From Betaproteobacteria bacterium (GTDB lineage Bacteria; Pseudomonadota; Gammaproteobacteria; Burkholderiales; CAIKXV01), in the NCBI GenBank assembly GCA_947458265.1, contig CANGYF010000009.1, positions 66,544 to 130,543 of the forward strand: DNA of 64,000 bases, given 5' to 3'. Made by a program: the position numbers and the translations under genes. The stretch's first letter is position 1, and each line of letters starts with the position of its first letter. The notes under the pieces are model-generated. The model ran no database searches. It was not told where the DNA came from and saw only the letters and a list, made by a program, of their open reading frames with translations. Of this stretch, positions 9,001 through 16,418 are shown one piece after another.

Positions 9001-9948
9001 TCAGCTGATGCCCATCATACCGGCCTCGTAGGTATCGCGCGGCGGGTGGTCGATCATCGACCCCGTGAGCTCCGACACCTTCGCCACGCCATGCGCCTCG
9101 CACCACTTCTCGATGCCATCGATCATCGCGATCATCGCCGTCGGGTTGCGGAAGCTGGCATAGCCGACCTGTACCGCACTGGCACCGGCCATCATGTACT
9201 CGATCACGTCTTCCGCGCGCGAGATGCCGCCGACGCCGATGATCGGAATCTGCACGCACTTCGAGCACTGGTGGACCATGCGCATGATGATCGGGCGCAC
9301 GCCCGGGCCGGAGATGCCGCCATAGCCGTTGCCGATGTGCGACAACCGGCTCTCGATGTTGATCTTCAACCCGAGGATGGTGTTGGACACGGTGATCGCG
9401 TTCGCACCGCCCTTCTCGGCGGCCTCCGCCACGGCGCCGATCTCGCCGGCGTTGGGTGAGAGCTTGGCCCAGATCGGCAGCTGCGTCGCCTCGCGGCAGA
9501 GCTTCACGACCTTGTAGGTGTGCTCTTCATTCAGTGCGAAGTTGCCGCCGCCGGGGGCACGCGTCGGGCACGAGATGTTGATCTCGATCGCATCGACGCC
9601 CGGCACCGACACGTCGCGCGCCATCGCCGCGAAGTCCTCGATGCTCTCGGCCGAGATCGAGCACACCAGCGGCGGCGTGAAGCGCTTGTACTCGGCGACC
9701 TGCACGTCCTGGAAGTACTTCAGCCCCTTGGTCGGCAGGCCGATGGAGTTGATCATGCCGGAGTCGATCTCCGACACCCGTGGCGGCGGGTTGCCCGCAC
9801 GATAGCCGCGCGAGACGGTCTTGGCCACCAGCGCGCCGAGGCGGTTGAGGTCGATGATCTGCGAGAACTCGACCGAGAAGGTGCCCGAGGCGGGCATCAC
9901 CGGGTTGGCCAGCTTCACGCTGCCGATGTTGACCGAGAGATCTACCAT
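9001..9948 (-). CDS. pyrD: Dihydroorotate dehydrogenase catalytic subunit, class 1B-like (PyrD B type)
   Basis: ORF 9001..10413 trimmed to the MVDLSVNIGSVKLANPVMPASG start (ATG at 9948-9946). Motifs NSIGLPTKG, EINISCPT (class-1 catalytic Cys), GGISGPGVRP and IIGVGGI match L. lactis PyrDb-type enzymes. Confidence 0.85.
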   Translation of the reverse strand: MVDLSVNIGSVKLANPVMPASGTFSVEFSQIIDLNRLGALVAKTVSRGYRAGNPPPRVSEIDSGMINSIGLPTKGLKYFQDVQVAEYKRFTPPLVCSISAESIEDFAAMARDVSVPGVDAIEINISCPTRAPGGGNFALNEEHTYKVVKLCREATQLPIWAKLSPNAGEIGAVAEAAEKGGANAITVSNTILGLKINIESRLSHIGNGYGGISGPGVRPIIMRMVHQCSKCVQIPIIGVGGISRAEDVIEYMMAGASAVQVGYASFRNPTAMIAMIDGIEKWCEAHGVAKVSELTGSMIDHPPRDTYEAGMMGIS

Positions 9949-10808
9949 CCCAGGCACTCCTGCAGGTCGAAAACGGGGCCTTCCACGCACACCCGGCGCA
10001 TCTCCTTCTGGCCGTTGCGTTCGAAGGTACGCACGCAGATGTAGCAGGGGCCCAGGCCGCAGGCCATGATCTGCTCCATCGCCATCTGGCCGGGGATGTC
10101 GAACTCGCGGCCCAGCTTCTTCATCAGCTGCATCAGCCGGTTCGAGCCGCAGGTGAAGAACGCATCGGCGCGCTTCTCGGCGATCAGCTGGCGCAGGATC
10201 TTCTCGACGTTGTCGATGTTGCTGGTGCCGTCGGTGTCGAGCACCTTCACCACGCTGCCCACGCTCTCGAACAGGTCGGCTGCCAGCGCGAGGTCGGGAC
10301 TGCGCGCCGACAGGATGGCGGTGACGCGCACCCCCTTCTCGCCAGCGAACTGCGAGATCGGCGCCATCGTCGCCAGGCCCACGCCGCGGCCAAGCACGAC
10401 GATGTTCTTCCACTCGGGCTTCAGGTGGAAGCCGACGCCCAGCGGGCCGACCATGTTCAGCTCGTCACCGGGCTTGAGCGTCGCCAGACCCTTGGTGCCG
10501 CGGCCGACGACCTTGTAGAGGAACTCGAGGCGGCCGCTGGAGCGCTGGATGCGGTACACCGACTGCGGGCGGCGGAACCACAGCTCACCCTCGTCCGGCG
10601 ACGGGCACAGCAGGTGGAAGAACTGGCCGGGCTGGGCGGCGAGCGCCTTCGGCGTGGCCTTCACCACCAGGTGCTTGTATTCCTCGTTCACCCACTCGTG
10701 CGCGACGACTGGGACGATCGATTCCTCGGCCGGGCACTGCGGCGGCGAATGGCCGGTCCCGGGTTCGCCCACCTTCACGGCGGCGGTGGCAAACATACCT
10801 TGTGACAT
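9942..10808 (-). CDS. pyrK: Dihydroorotate dehydrogenase electron-transfer subunit-like (PyrK-type FAD/NAD plus 2Fe-2S)
   Basis: ORF trimmed to MSQGMFATAAVKV (ATG at 10808, GGAGGA Shine-Dalgarno sequence upstream). C-terminus MACGLGPCYICV...RVCVEGPVF is the PyrK 2Fe-2S motif. 7-nt overlap with pyrD. Confidence 0.8.
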   Translation of the reverse strand: MSQGMFATAAVKVGEPGTGHSPPQCPAEESIVPVVAHEWVNEEYKHLVVKATPKALAAQPGQFFHLLCPSPDEGELWFRRPQSVYRIQRSSGRLEFLYKVVGRGTKGLATLKPGDELNMVGPLGVGFHLKPEWKNIVVLGRGVGLATMAPISQFAGEKGVRVTAILSARSPDLALAADLFESVGSVVKVLDTDGTSNIDNVEKILRQLIAEKRADAFFTCGSNRLMQLMKKLGREFDIPGQMAMEQIMACGLGPCYICVRTFERNGQKEMRRVCVEGPVFDLQECLGW

Positions 10809-10846
10809 CGACTGTCCTCCTGGGGCGCGGTGGGTGAACGCGTGTC

Positions 10847-10904
10847 GAAACTCGTCTCTGACCCGCATTTCTTCGAAAAGAAATTCGGGTCAGAGACGAG
10901 TTTC
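10847..10904 (-). promoter_or_regulatory. 58-nt near-perfect inverted repeat (19 bp, one mismatch, then 7 bp of stem; 4-nt loop) in the leader/promoter region of the pyrK-pyrD-pyrC operon
   Basis: Checked base by base: 10847-10865 pairs with 10886-10904, 10867-10873 pairs with 10878-10884, and the loop is CGAA. No U-tract on either strand. The centre is AT-rich in a GC-rich genome. Confidence 0.7.
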
Positions 10905-10917
10905 TCGCGGACCCCGA

Positions 10918-10946
10918 ATTAGACGAGGCGCATGTCCAAAAAGCAA
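10918..10946 (-). promoter_or_regulatory. Candidate sigma70-type promoter for the pyrK-like operon (TTGCTT-N17-TCTAAT on the minus strand)
   Basis: Hexamers read on the minus strand: -35 at 10946-10941 and -10 at 10923-10918, with 17-nt spacing. The predicted start would place the 58-nt hairpin at the 5' end of the mRNA. Confidence 0.35.
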
Positions 10947-10983
10947 GGCTTTTCCAAAAAAAGAGACGGTTCGTGACGCCCGG

Positions 10984-11865
10984 TCAGCGGTGCTTCGCGA
11001 TCAGCCCGCGCAGGAACTTCGCGGCGGCAGCCCCCTTCAGCGCCCGGCTCCACATTTCCTCGGCCGCCTTCTGGTGCAGGGCCAGGGCCTCGGGCGCGGA
11101 GGTGATCATCGCCACGCCGATGCGCACGTTCGGCTGTTCGCCCAGGCGGAACGGCGACAGCACCAGCACCTGCCGGTCCGGCTGGCGCAGGATCTGGAAG
11201 CTGGCATGCGGCAGCGTGTCGGGCACGATGCCTATCTGGATGCCGATCGGCTGCTCCTCGGTCAGCTTCGCGAAGCGCGTGACCTCTCGCACCGCCTGGG
11301 CGCGGCGCTCGGCACGGACCGCCTCGTCGAGGTCGAGGCGGCCGACCAGGCCGTTGTGCAGGAAGCGTTCGATCTCGCTCGCCGAGATCAGGTTGACCAC
11401 CGCCGGTTGGCGCCGCTGGTACTGAGCCTTGCGCGCATGCAGGATCGCCATGATCTCGCCGACCTCGGCGATCGCCCGCTCCCGGCCGGGCAGGTCGGCC
11501 GGGATGCTCTCGGTCAGCACCTCGGCGAGTGTGGCGTCGAAAGCGTCCGACGCGAGCAGGTAGGAGATCGGCCCGGCCAGCACGATGATCTGCTCGGCGG
11601 TCTCTTCGTTCTGGCGCAGCCGCTCGAAGTAGGCCACGGCCGAGGCAATGTACTCGACGCCGACGCCGAGCAGCGTCGGCACCGACACGCCGAGCAGTTC
11701 CGACAACCGGCCGAGCGTCTCGATCTTTGCCAGTTCGCCCTTCTCGAAGCGATAGAGCGCCGCGCGCGAGATCTCGAGCCGGCGCGCGATCTCGTCGGCC
11801 GACAGCCCGGAGCCGAGGCGGAAGGCACGCAGCCGGTTTCCGATGTCGTCGAATCGAATGGCCAT
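10984..11865 (-). CDS. XRE-family helix-turn-helix transcriptional regulator with a ~220-aa uncharacterised C-terminal domain
   Basis: MAIRFDDIGNRLRAFRLGSGLSADEIARRLEISRAALYRFEKGELAKIETLGRLSELLGVS is a classic HTH_XRE domain. ATG at 11865 is preferred over the GTG at 11877. Confidence 0.8.
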   Translation of the reverse strand: MAIRFDDIGNRLRAFRLGSGLSADEIARRLEISRAALYRFEKGELAKIETLGRLSELLGVSVPTLLGVGVEYIASAVAYFERLRQNEETAEQIIVLAGPISYLLASDAFDATLAEVLTESIPADLPGRERAIAEVGEIMAILHARKAQYQRRQPAVVNLISASEIERFLHNGLVGRLDLDEAVRAERRAQAVREVTRFAKLTEEQPIGIQIGIVPDTLPHASFQILRQPDRQVLVLSPFRLGEQPNVRIGVAMITSAPEALALHQKAAEEMWSRALKGAAAAKFLRGLIAKHR

Positions 11866-12158
11866 CGAGCAGAGCACTGTTGCAGGTCGCGCCGATGGTA
11901 CTCGATTGCATGCGCCGCTCCGGCAGCCTGATCGCGCATCCGCCGGTGCCGGTGAAGACGGTGAAGGTACGGGTCGCCCATGCCAGGGACAACCCGGGGC
12001 GGCCTGGTCATCGCGCTCCCCGGGAGGTGTCGAACCGGTGTCTAATTTCTGATACCGTTCTCACAAAGCAAACAGATCGATCCAGGCGTAGCACTGCGCC
12101 GCCGGGCTCGGCACGGCGCTATCCTCGGCGCTGCACCGCCACGAACGTCACGGGAGAG

Positions 12159-13598
12159 ATGTCGATGGAAAACCAGGACCTCCGGAGCTGGCTCGCACGC
12201 ATGGAAGCCGCGGGCGAACTGCAGCATGTGAGCGGCGCCGAGCGGATGGAAGAGATCGGCGGCATCGTCGACATCTACCAGCGCAAGATGGGTCGCCAGG
12301 CGCTGCTGTTCGACGACGTGCCGGGCTATCCGCGCGGCTACCGCGTGCTGGCCAACGTGCTGACCTCGGTGCGCCGCATCGCGATGACGCTCGGCCTGCC
12401 CGACGATTCCACCGAGATGGACCTGGTGCGCTACTGGCGCAACTACATCGGCGGCGCGAACACGCACAAGCCCGAGGTCGTGAAGACCGGCAAAGTGCTC
12501 GAGAACGTGCTCTACGGCAAGGACATCGACCTGCTGAAGATCCCGACGCCCAAGTGGCACGAGGACGACGGCGGCCCGTACATCGGCACCGGCTGCATGG
12601 TGATCATGAAGGATCCGGACTCGGGCTGGATCAACTACGGCGCATACCGTGGGCAGGTATTCGACAAGGCCATCGCCACCGTGATGTGCTCGAAGGGCAA
12701 GCACGGCGACCTGCTGATGCAGAAGTACTTCGCGCGCGGCGAGCGCTGCCCGATCGCGGTGGTGGTCGGCGTGCATCCGGCACTGTTCATGGTCGCCGGC
12801 CTGGAGATCCCGTACGGCAAGAACGAGTACGAGGCAGCCGGAGCGCTGATCGGTGAACCGGTGCAGGTGATCGAGGGCCCGATCACCGGGTTGCCGATCC
12901 CGGCACATGCCGAGATCGCCTACGAAGGCTTCGTGTCGCCGGATGACCGGATCGACGAAGGCCCGCTCGGCGAATGGACCGGCTACTACTGCAGCGGCAA
13001 GTCGCCGCAGCCGGTGATCCGGGTCGAGTCGATGCTGCATCGAAACGACCCGGTGCTGCTGGGCGTGGTGCCGGCGGTACCGCCGAACGACGACAGCTAC
13101 TACCGCGGCCACTTCCGCGCAGGGGCGGTGTGGCGCCAGCTCGAGGGCGCCGGCATCCCCGGGGTCACCGGGGTCTGGTCGCACGAGGCCGGCGGCGGAC
13201 GCTACTGGCTCACGGTGGCGGTGAAGCAGATGTATCCCGGCCACTCGAAGCAGGTCGGGCTGGTCGCAGGCCAGGTGCATGCCGCCGCCTACTGCAACCG
13301 CTACGTGGTCGTGGTGGACGACGACATCAACCCGGCCAACATGGACGAGGTGGTCTGGGCGATGTGCACCCGGGTCGACCCGCGCGAGGACGTCGAGATC
13401 CTGAAGGGCTGCTGGAGCACGCGCCTGGACCCGATGTCCTATCCGGCGGAAGAGCCGGTGCTCAACTCGCGCATGGTCATCGATGCCTGCCGGCCGTGGA
13501 TCAAGCGCGCGACCTTCCCGGCGGTGGCACGCTCCAGCCCGGGGCTGGACGCACGCATCCGCGAGAAGTTCGGCGACGTGCTGCCCAAGGGGTTCTGA
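12159..13598 (+). CDS. UbiD-family (prFMN-dependent) aromatic/heteroaromatic acid decarboxylase
   Basis: ORF 11727..13598 trimmed to MSMENQDLRSWL (ATG at 12159, GGGAGA Shine-Dalgarno sequence). 479 aa. Shows UbiD hallmarks: LLFDDVPGYP, GGPYIGTG and EGPLGEWTGYY (the E-x-P-x-G-E-x-x-G-Y motif). Confidence 0.85.
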   Translation: MSMENQDLRSWLARMEAAGELQHVSGAERMEEIGGIVDIYQRKMGRQALLFDDVPGYPRGYRVLANVLTSVRRIAMTLGLPDDSTEMDLVRYWRNYIGGANTHKPEVVKTGKVLENVLYGKDIDLLKIPTPKWHEDDGGPYIGTGCMVIMKDPDSGWINYGAYRGQVFDKAIATVMCSKGKHGDLLMQKYFARGERCPIAVVVGVHPALFMVAGLEIPYGKNEYEAAGALIGEPVQVIEGPITGLPIPAHAEIAYEGFVSPDDRIDEGPLGEWTGYYCSGKSPQPVIRVESMLHRNDPVLLGVVPAVPPNDDSYYRGHFRAGAVWRQLEGAGIPGVTGVWSHEAGGGRYWLTVAVKQMYPGHSKQVGLVAGQVHAAAYCNRYVVVVDDDINPANMDEVVWAMCTRVDPREDVEILKGCWSTRLDPMSYPAEEPVLNSRMVIDACRPWIKRATFPAVARSSPGLDARIREKFGDVLPKGF

Positions 13599-13608
13599 CG
13601 GTCGAACG

Positions 13609-14856
13609 ATGCAAACCATGAGCCGATCCTCCCGGGCCACTGCCCCGCTGTCCCGGCCGGCGCTGCTCGTGCTGGCATTGCTGCTGTCGGCTGCGCCGGC
13701 GTCCGCCAACGAATGGCTGTCCTGCGTGAAGGAGCTGCGCACGATCGCCACCAGCAAAGGGGTGAGCGCGCAGGTGTTCGACACCGCCTTCGCCGGCGTC
13801 GAGCCGGACGCGGACATCCTGAAGGCGTTCGACAACCAGCCAGAGTTCACCATCCCGATCTGGGACTACCTCTCGGGGCTGGTCGACGACGAGCGCGTGG
13901 CCGACGGGCGCGCGCTGATGGAGAAATGGGCGGCGGTGCTGGCCCAGGCGGAAGAGAAGTTCGGCGTCGACCGGTTCGTGATCGCCGCCGTCTGGGGCGT
14001 GGAGTCCGACTACGGTCGCATCATGGGCAAGCGCGAACTCGTGCGTTCGCTGGCGACGCTCTCGTGCTCGAGCCGGCGCCAGGCATTCTTCCGGGGCGAG
14101 CTGCTGGCGACGTTGCGCATCCTGCAGAGCGGCGACATCCCCGCAGAGGCGCTGGTCGGCTCCTGGGCGGGCGCGTTCGGGCAGACGCAGTTCATGCCGT
14201 CGACCTACCAGCGGCTGGCGATCGATTTCGACGGCGACGGCCGGCGCGACATCGTCGCCTCGGTGCCCGACGCACTGGGCTCGACCGCGAACTACCTGAA
14301 GCGTGCCGGCTGGATCACCGGACAGCCCTGGGGCTACGAAGTGCGCCTGCCGGCGAACTACGGTGGCCCCTCCGGGCGCCGCACGAAACAGTCGATCGCC
14401 CAGTGGAACGAGCTGGGCATCCGCCAGGTCGATGGCAGCCCGCTCGCCGGCAACGGCCCGGCCGGCCTGCTGCTGCCCTCGGGCGCGAAGGGTCCGGCGT
14501 TCATCGTGTTGCGCAACTTCGATGCGATCTTCGCCTACAACGCAGCGGAATCGTATGCGCTGGCGATCGCCCATCTGGCCGACCGGCTGCGCGGCGCGGG
14601 CACCTTCCAGACGCCCTGGCCGACCGACGATCCCGGCATCGGCCGCGCGCAGCGGCGCGAGGTGCAGCAGCGACTGCTCGACCGGGGCTTCGACGTGGGC
14701 ACGCCAGACGGCATCGTCGGCGCGCGCACGCGAACCGCCATCCGCGCGTTCCAGGCCTCGGCCGGGCTCGCCCAGGACGGACGCGCCGGCCTGCGGGTGC
14801 TGCAGGCGCTGCGCACGTCGACGCCGAATCCACCGATGGCACCAGCGCAGAAATAG
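13609..14856 (+). CDS. Lytic murein transglycosylase (MltB/Slt family 3) with a C-terminal peptidoglycan-binding domain
   Basis: Signal peptide, then AVWGVESDYG and GAFGQTQFMPSTY...DFDGDGRRDI motifs of MltB-like enzymes. C-terminus VQQRLLDRGFDVGTPDGIVGARTRTAIRAFQ is PG_binding_1-like. Confidence 0.85.
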   Translation: MQTMSRSSRATAPLSRPALLVLALLLSAAPASANEWLSCVKELRTIATSKGVSAQVFDTAFAGVEPDADILKAFDNQPEFTIPIWDYLSGLVDDERVADGRALMEKWAAVLAQAEEKFGVDRFVIAAVWGVESDYGRIMGKRELVRSLATLSCSSRRQAFFRGELLATLRILQSGDIPAEALVGSWAGAFGQTQFMPSTYQRLAIDFDGDGRRDIVASVPDALGSTANYLKRAGWITGQPWGYEVRLPANYGGPSGRRTKQSIAQWNELGIRQVDGSPLAGNGPAGLLLPSGAKGPAFIVLRNFDAIFAYNAAESYALAIAHLADRLRGAGTFQTPWPTDDPGIGRAQRREVQQRLLDRGFDVGTPDGIVGARTRTAIRAFQASAGLAQDGRAGLRVLQALRTSTPNPPMAPAQK

Positions 14857-14898
14857 GCGTACGTTGGGTGCCATGACAGGCTCGCCCGCAGACTACCG

Positions 14899-15348
14899 AT
14901 GATCACCGACGGCATCTCGCACGCGATCCAGCTCGCCGTCGCACCGGTGTTCATGCTGACCGCCATCGCCGGACTGATCGGCGCGCTTGCCACGCGCCTC
15001 GGTCGCATCATCGACCGTGCACGCAGCCTGGAAGAACGCGTCCACGAAGGCCGGCTGGTCGACCAGCCGGCGGTGGAGGCGACCTACCTTGAACTGCGCC
15101 GGCTGAAGGTACGCGGCCGGGTCGTCAATGCGTCGGTCGGACTGCTGGCGCTGGCGGCGATGATGATCGGCGCGACCGTGCTGTCGCTGTTCCTCGGCGA
15201 GACGACCACCTCGAGGGTGAGCCCGCTGGTGTCGGTCACCTTCCTGTCCGGCGTCGTCTGCTTCGTGCTCGCGCTGGTCGGCTTCCTGCTGGAGACCCTG
15301 CTCGCCGGCTACACCCTGCAGTTCCGCGACCAGCCGCCGCCCCGCTGA
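14899..15348 (+). CDS. Small membrane protein, DUF2721-like
   Basis: 149 aa with three hydrophobic helices. The N-terminus ISHAIQLAVAPVFMLTAIAGLIGALATRLGRIIDRAR resembles DUF2721 family members. Confidence 0.55.
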   Translation: MITDGISHAIQLAVAPVFMLTAIAGLIGALATRLGRIIDRARSLEERVHEGRLVDQPAVEATYLELRRLKVRGRVVNASVGLLALAAMMIGATVLSLFLGETTTSRVSPLVSVTFLSGVVCFVLALVGFLLETLLAGYTLQFRDQPPPR

Positions 15349-15357
15349 GCCCTGCGC

Positions 15358-16383
15358 TCACCGCCTGGCGCGCGCCAGGTCGTACCAGGTCGGGTCGTAG
15401 TACTTCGACGGTGGCCCCATCTTCTTCTGCGGCACGCCATAGCGCTCGCGCAGCATGATCACGTTGCGAAGGCCCTGCAGATCCATCTCGCCGTTGCGCT
15501 GGAGCGCGGACTGTCCCCGGGTCATGCCTTCGACGGCACCGCGCGCGGCCGCTTCGTCCACCTTGACCCGCGCAGCGAGGATGCGCACCGCTTCGTCCCG
15601 GTTCGCAGGATCGTAGATCCAGTCGATCGCCGAACGCAGCGCGCGGATGTAGCCGACCACCGCCTTCGGATTCTCGTTCGCCCAGGCACGGTTGACGATG
15701 CGCACGTTGGCCTGGTAGCCACCCAGCGCGGACACGCCCTCGCCCAGCAGCGTGAACCCTTCCTGCCGGGCCACGCCGGTGAACGGCTCCGTGATCAGCG
15801 CCGCCGCGAACTTGCCGTCGCGCAGTGACTGCAGCCGGGCGCGCGAGTTGCCCACCGCGACGAAGCGCACGTCATCCGGACCGAGGCCGCCTTTCTCGAG
15901 CAGGTAGCGCAGCACGAACGCATATCCGGTGGTCAGCGAGTCGAGCGCCAGGTCGCGGCCCTTGAGGTCGGCGATCGAGCGCACGCCGGGGACCGCGAAC
16001 ATCGACAGTTCGGCCGAAGAGATGCCCATGATGGCCACCATGTCCGGCTCGCGATCGAGCTTCGCCGTGCCCTGCCCTTCCTGGTAGGCGATCAGGTTGT
16101 CGATGGCGGTGCTGGCGATCTGGAACTTGCCGGACACCAGGCTGCTGATCTGGAAACCGGAGTTGGGCGTCGCCGTGAGGTTCACCGCCAGCCCCTCGCG
16201 CGCGAAGAAGCCCTTGTCCTGGGCCACGTACGACGGCATCGCGTTGGCACCCGCGAAGACGATTGCCTCGATCGGTTGCAACGGCGCCGCCGCCCTCGCC
16301 AGGCTGGCCGGGAATGGCGCCAGTCCCGGCAACAGACCGAGGGCCAGGCTGAACATCCTTCTGCGTCGAATCGGTTCGATCAT
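15358..16383 (-). CDS. ABC-transporter substrate-binding protein, NMT1/THI5-SsuA/TauA-like (orphan)
   Basis: 341 aa with an RRRRMF twin-arginine-like signal. Overall similarity to nitrate/sulfonate/bicarbonate-family binding proteins. No permease or ATPase gene nearby. Confidence 0.7.
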   Translation of the reverse strand: MIEPIRRRRMFSLALGLLPGLAPFPASLARAAAPLQPIEAIVFAGANAMPSYVAQDKGFFAREGLAVNLTATPNSGFQISSLVSGKFQIASTAIDNLIAYQEGQGTAKLDREPDMVAIMGISSAELSMFAVPGVRSIADLKGRDLALDSLTTGYAFVLRYLLEKGGLGPDDVRFVAVGNSRARLQSLRDGKFAAALITEPFTGVARQEGFTLLGEGVSALGGYQANVRIVNRAWANENPKAVVGYIRALRSAIDWIYDPANRDEAVRILAARVKVDEAAARGAVEGMTRGQSALQRNGEMDLQGLRNVIMLRERYGVPQKKMGPPSKYYDPTWYDLARARR

Positions 16384-16418
16384 CGTTCCTCCATCTGGCG
16401 CTGCTGCGCCCTCTCCAC

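Noticed and set aside
3288-9008. Very long plus-strand ORFs (3288..5879 at 863 aa; 5883..9008 at 1041 aa)
   Set aside because: These are typical GC-rich-genome shadow ORFs lying opposite clearly homologous minus-strand genes (Mo-hydroxylase subunits, pyrC). The translations are Arg/Ala/Gly/His-rich and have no recognisable domains.
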